37,003 nt of DNA from a virus (Duplodnaviria > Caudoviricetes): IMG/VR virus record IMGVR_UViG_3300006790_000049, positions 1-37,003 of that record, one strand, 5' to 3'. This document shows, piece after piece, positions 35,433 through 37,003 of this stretch (positions are counted from its first letter, which is position 1; each line of letters starts with the position of its first letter). Below the pieces are notes generated by a model that was not told the origin of the DNA, made no database searches, and saw only the letters and a program-made list of their open reading frames with translations. Position numbers and translations under genes: made by a program.

Positions 35433-37003
35433 TGTTGCATCACCATTTCGTTCATTAGCCCATCACTTCCTGCAAACAAAAAGTATTGTGCTATATTGTT
35501 AGTTGTAAGTTCAGCATCAGGAATAAATTGATCCGTAAAAAATCCATCAATATCATTCAGTTGTTGCTGTGAGTCAAAGAATGATTTTGAGTTTCCCAAT
35601 ACTTGCATCACAATCAATGTTTTTAACTGATTTGCTGAGTCATATCTACCCTTATCGCCCATCTTCTTTAATATTTTTTTTGCGGCAACTTCTTTTTTAG
35701 CCTCCTCTTTCTTTACCTCGTCTTCATTTTTATCCTCTGTTTCTTCCATATCTTCTTCGCTATCTTCATTTTTAGCAACCTCTGATGGGCTTTCTTCCTG
35801 CTTAGGCTCCTCTTGCGTATCAGTTTCAGTTTCCTCAGTATCTTCTTCAGTAGGTTCATTTTGCACCTCCTCTGTCTCTGGTTCCTTCATTTCTGGTTCT
35901 GGCTGTGGCTCTGGCTCTGGTTCTGGTTGAGATTCTACCTCTGGCTCAGATACTTCCATTTCCATCTCCATTTCTATTTCTGTCTCTACATTTGCCATTT
36001 CCATTTCAGGTGTTTCTATTTCCATTTCTGGTATTTCTATCTCCATTACAGGCATTTCCATCTCCATCTCTATTTCTACCATTTCATAAGAAACATCTGA
36101 GTCTGGCTCCTGTATGGGTTCTATTTCTATTTCTCCATTTGGTTGTTCTACAAAATCATTATGCTCAATAATGTTGTCTACAATATCTATAATTTCTGTT
36201 TCAGTGCTTCCTCCGTACGCAACCCACATTTCTACACTTGTAATAGATTCTTGCACAATTGTAGATATTACATTGTAAAGTACGTTTATGGTAATATCAT
36301 CAAAGAGCGGTCCAATTGCCATATTGACATCACGCCCTCCAACCTCGATAATTAATGTTGTTATTGTCCCTGAAAAATCAAAACCACTAGCGTATTCTTG
36401 ATAACCACTTGCTACACCAGATTCTGATAATATATCGGTTCCACTAAATACATTGGTGGTACCATTCTTACCCGTAATATGCATATAAATACGATCTTGC
36501 GCATCTCTTTTGTCTACTTTGATACTGTAATTAGTTCTACCTCCATGTTCTATATCAAGGTCAGATATATCAACTGTATTTATAAAAGTGGTGCCCATAC
36601 CCTCTACACCCATGGTTGATGTGCTATTACCTGAACCTGTTATTTGTGCACATTTATCTGTGCCTAAATTATAGCAACCACTACCTGATGGCATGTTTGC
36701 AGGTCCTTGACCACCCCAATCAATATCCATATCACCTTCTTTGTTTGACGATACATATCCAGCATCACCATCTAAAATATTTCCTGAGTCTTCGTTAGTA
36801 ACTGTAGTAGTTGTTGTCGTTGTTTCTGTAGTAGTTGTTACAGTATATCCATCTGCTTCGTATTCTATAGTTTCTGTGATTGTTTCATCTATTATCTCTT
36901 CGATAGTAGGAGCACATAGTCCAACTGTATCTGTTGAACAATCTACCGCTTTACTAGAAAAGGATAGGAACGCCAATCCACATAGCCATAGCCAAAAATA
37001 AAA
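35420..37003 (-). CDS. Secreted, highly acidic protein with beta domain and Glu/Pro/Met-rich linker (5' end off window)
   Basis: Frame is open beyond the TTG at 36976 to the edge (FYFWLWLCGLAFLSFSSKA|VDC), resembling a Sec signal peptide. Two Cys pairs; EMEMEM and PEPEPEPQPEPE tracts. Confidence 0.75.
   Translation of the reverse strand, partial: FYFWLWLCGLAFLSFSSKAVDCSTDTVGLCAPTIEEIIDETITETIEYEADGYTVTTTTETTTTTTTVTNEDSGNILDGDAGYVSSNKEGDMDIDWGGQGPANMPSGSGCYNLGTDKCAQITGSGNSTSTMGVEGMGTTFINTVDISDLDIEHGGRTNYSIKVDKRDAQDRIYMHITGKNGTTNVFSGTDILSESGVASGYQEYASGFDFSGTITTLIIEVGGRDVNMAIGPLFDDITINVLYNVISTIVQESITSVEMWVAYGGSTETEIIDIVDNIIEHNDFVEQPNGEIEIEPIQEPDSDVSYEMVEIEMEMEMPVMEIEIPEMEIETPEMEMANVETEIEMEMEMEVSEPEVESQPEPEPEPQPEPEMKEPETEEVQNEPTEEDTEETETDTQEEPKQEESPSEVAKNEDSEEDMEETEDKNEDEVKKEEAKKEVAAKKILKKMGDKGRYDSANQLKTLIVMQVLGNSKSFFDSQQQLNDIDGFFTDQFIPDAELTTNNIAQYFLFAGSDGLMNEMVMQQWQK
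35880..36085 (-). repeat. Low-complexity hexamer repeats encoding (EM/EI)n and (PE)n
   Basis: Runs of TCCATT/TCCATC/TCTATT and TCTGGT/TCTGGC on the plus strand. Confidence 0.8.
36954..37001 (-). CDS. Probable 3' end of an upstream gene (C-terminal hydrophobic helix)
   Basis: An alternative frame reads ...LFLAMAMWIGVPILF* with TAG at 36954-36956. Only 16 codons are visible. Confidence 0.4.
   Translation of the reverse strand, partial: LFLAMAMWIGVPILF

Noticed and set aside
35813-36171. W/F/L/H-rich and P/F-rich plus-strand ORFs that look like membrane proteins
   Set aside because: Reverse-complement artefacts of the EM/PE repeats.
1-37003. Alternative genetic code, tRNA genes, introns/inteins or prophage boundaries
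   Set aside because: Standard-code ORFs tile the window with tight stop/start coupling. Intergenic gaps are at most ~110 nt with no cloverleaf seen, the helicases and primase have no obvious insertions, and no host-like or integrase genes are present.

Overview
The window is an internal ~37 kb segment of an AT-rich (roughly 35% GC by eye), densely coded tailed dsDNA phage genome with podovirus-type morphogenesis genes. The layout recalls marine SAR11-type phages such as the HTVC023P group, but this is recollection and the host is not determinable from the sequence. From left to right: (1) a minus-strand replication operon with a truncated family-A DNA polymerase 3'-5' exonuclease domain missed by the ORF track, a DUF6378-like protein, a UvrD-like SF1 helicase, an AEP primase with PriCT, a putative SSB and two hypotheticals; (2) a divergent SNF2-like helicase; (3) probable internal/ejection proteins; (4) a plus-strand three-gene island with a 2OG-Fe(II) oxygenase; (5) a tail nozzle and a ~12 kb modular tail-fibre region containing a tandemly duplicated three-gene cassette; (6) two paralogous head-tail adaptors, small basic proteins and a DUF1415-like gene; (7) an envelope-targeted cassette running off the right edge. 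I saw no tRNA, rRNA, CRISPR, integrase, transposase or reverse transcriptase. The most unusual signals are a strand-polarised CCGTGnn heptamer motif with 7-bp periodicity overlaid on coding DNA, a plug-and-socket/split-domain logic among fibre genes, a shared xxGG peptide motif in probable capsid-internal proteins, and the secreted acidic rod plus membrane coiled-coil cassette. All counts are manual and all product calls come from motif recognition, not database searches.
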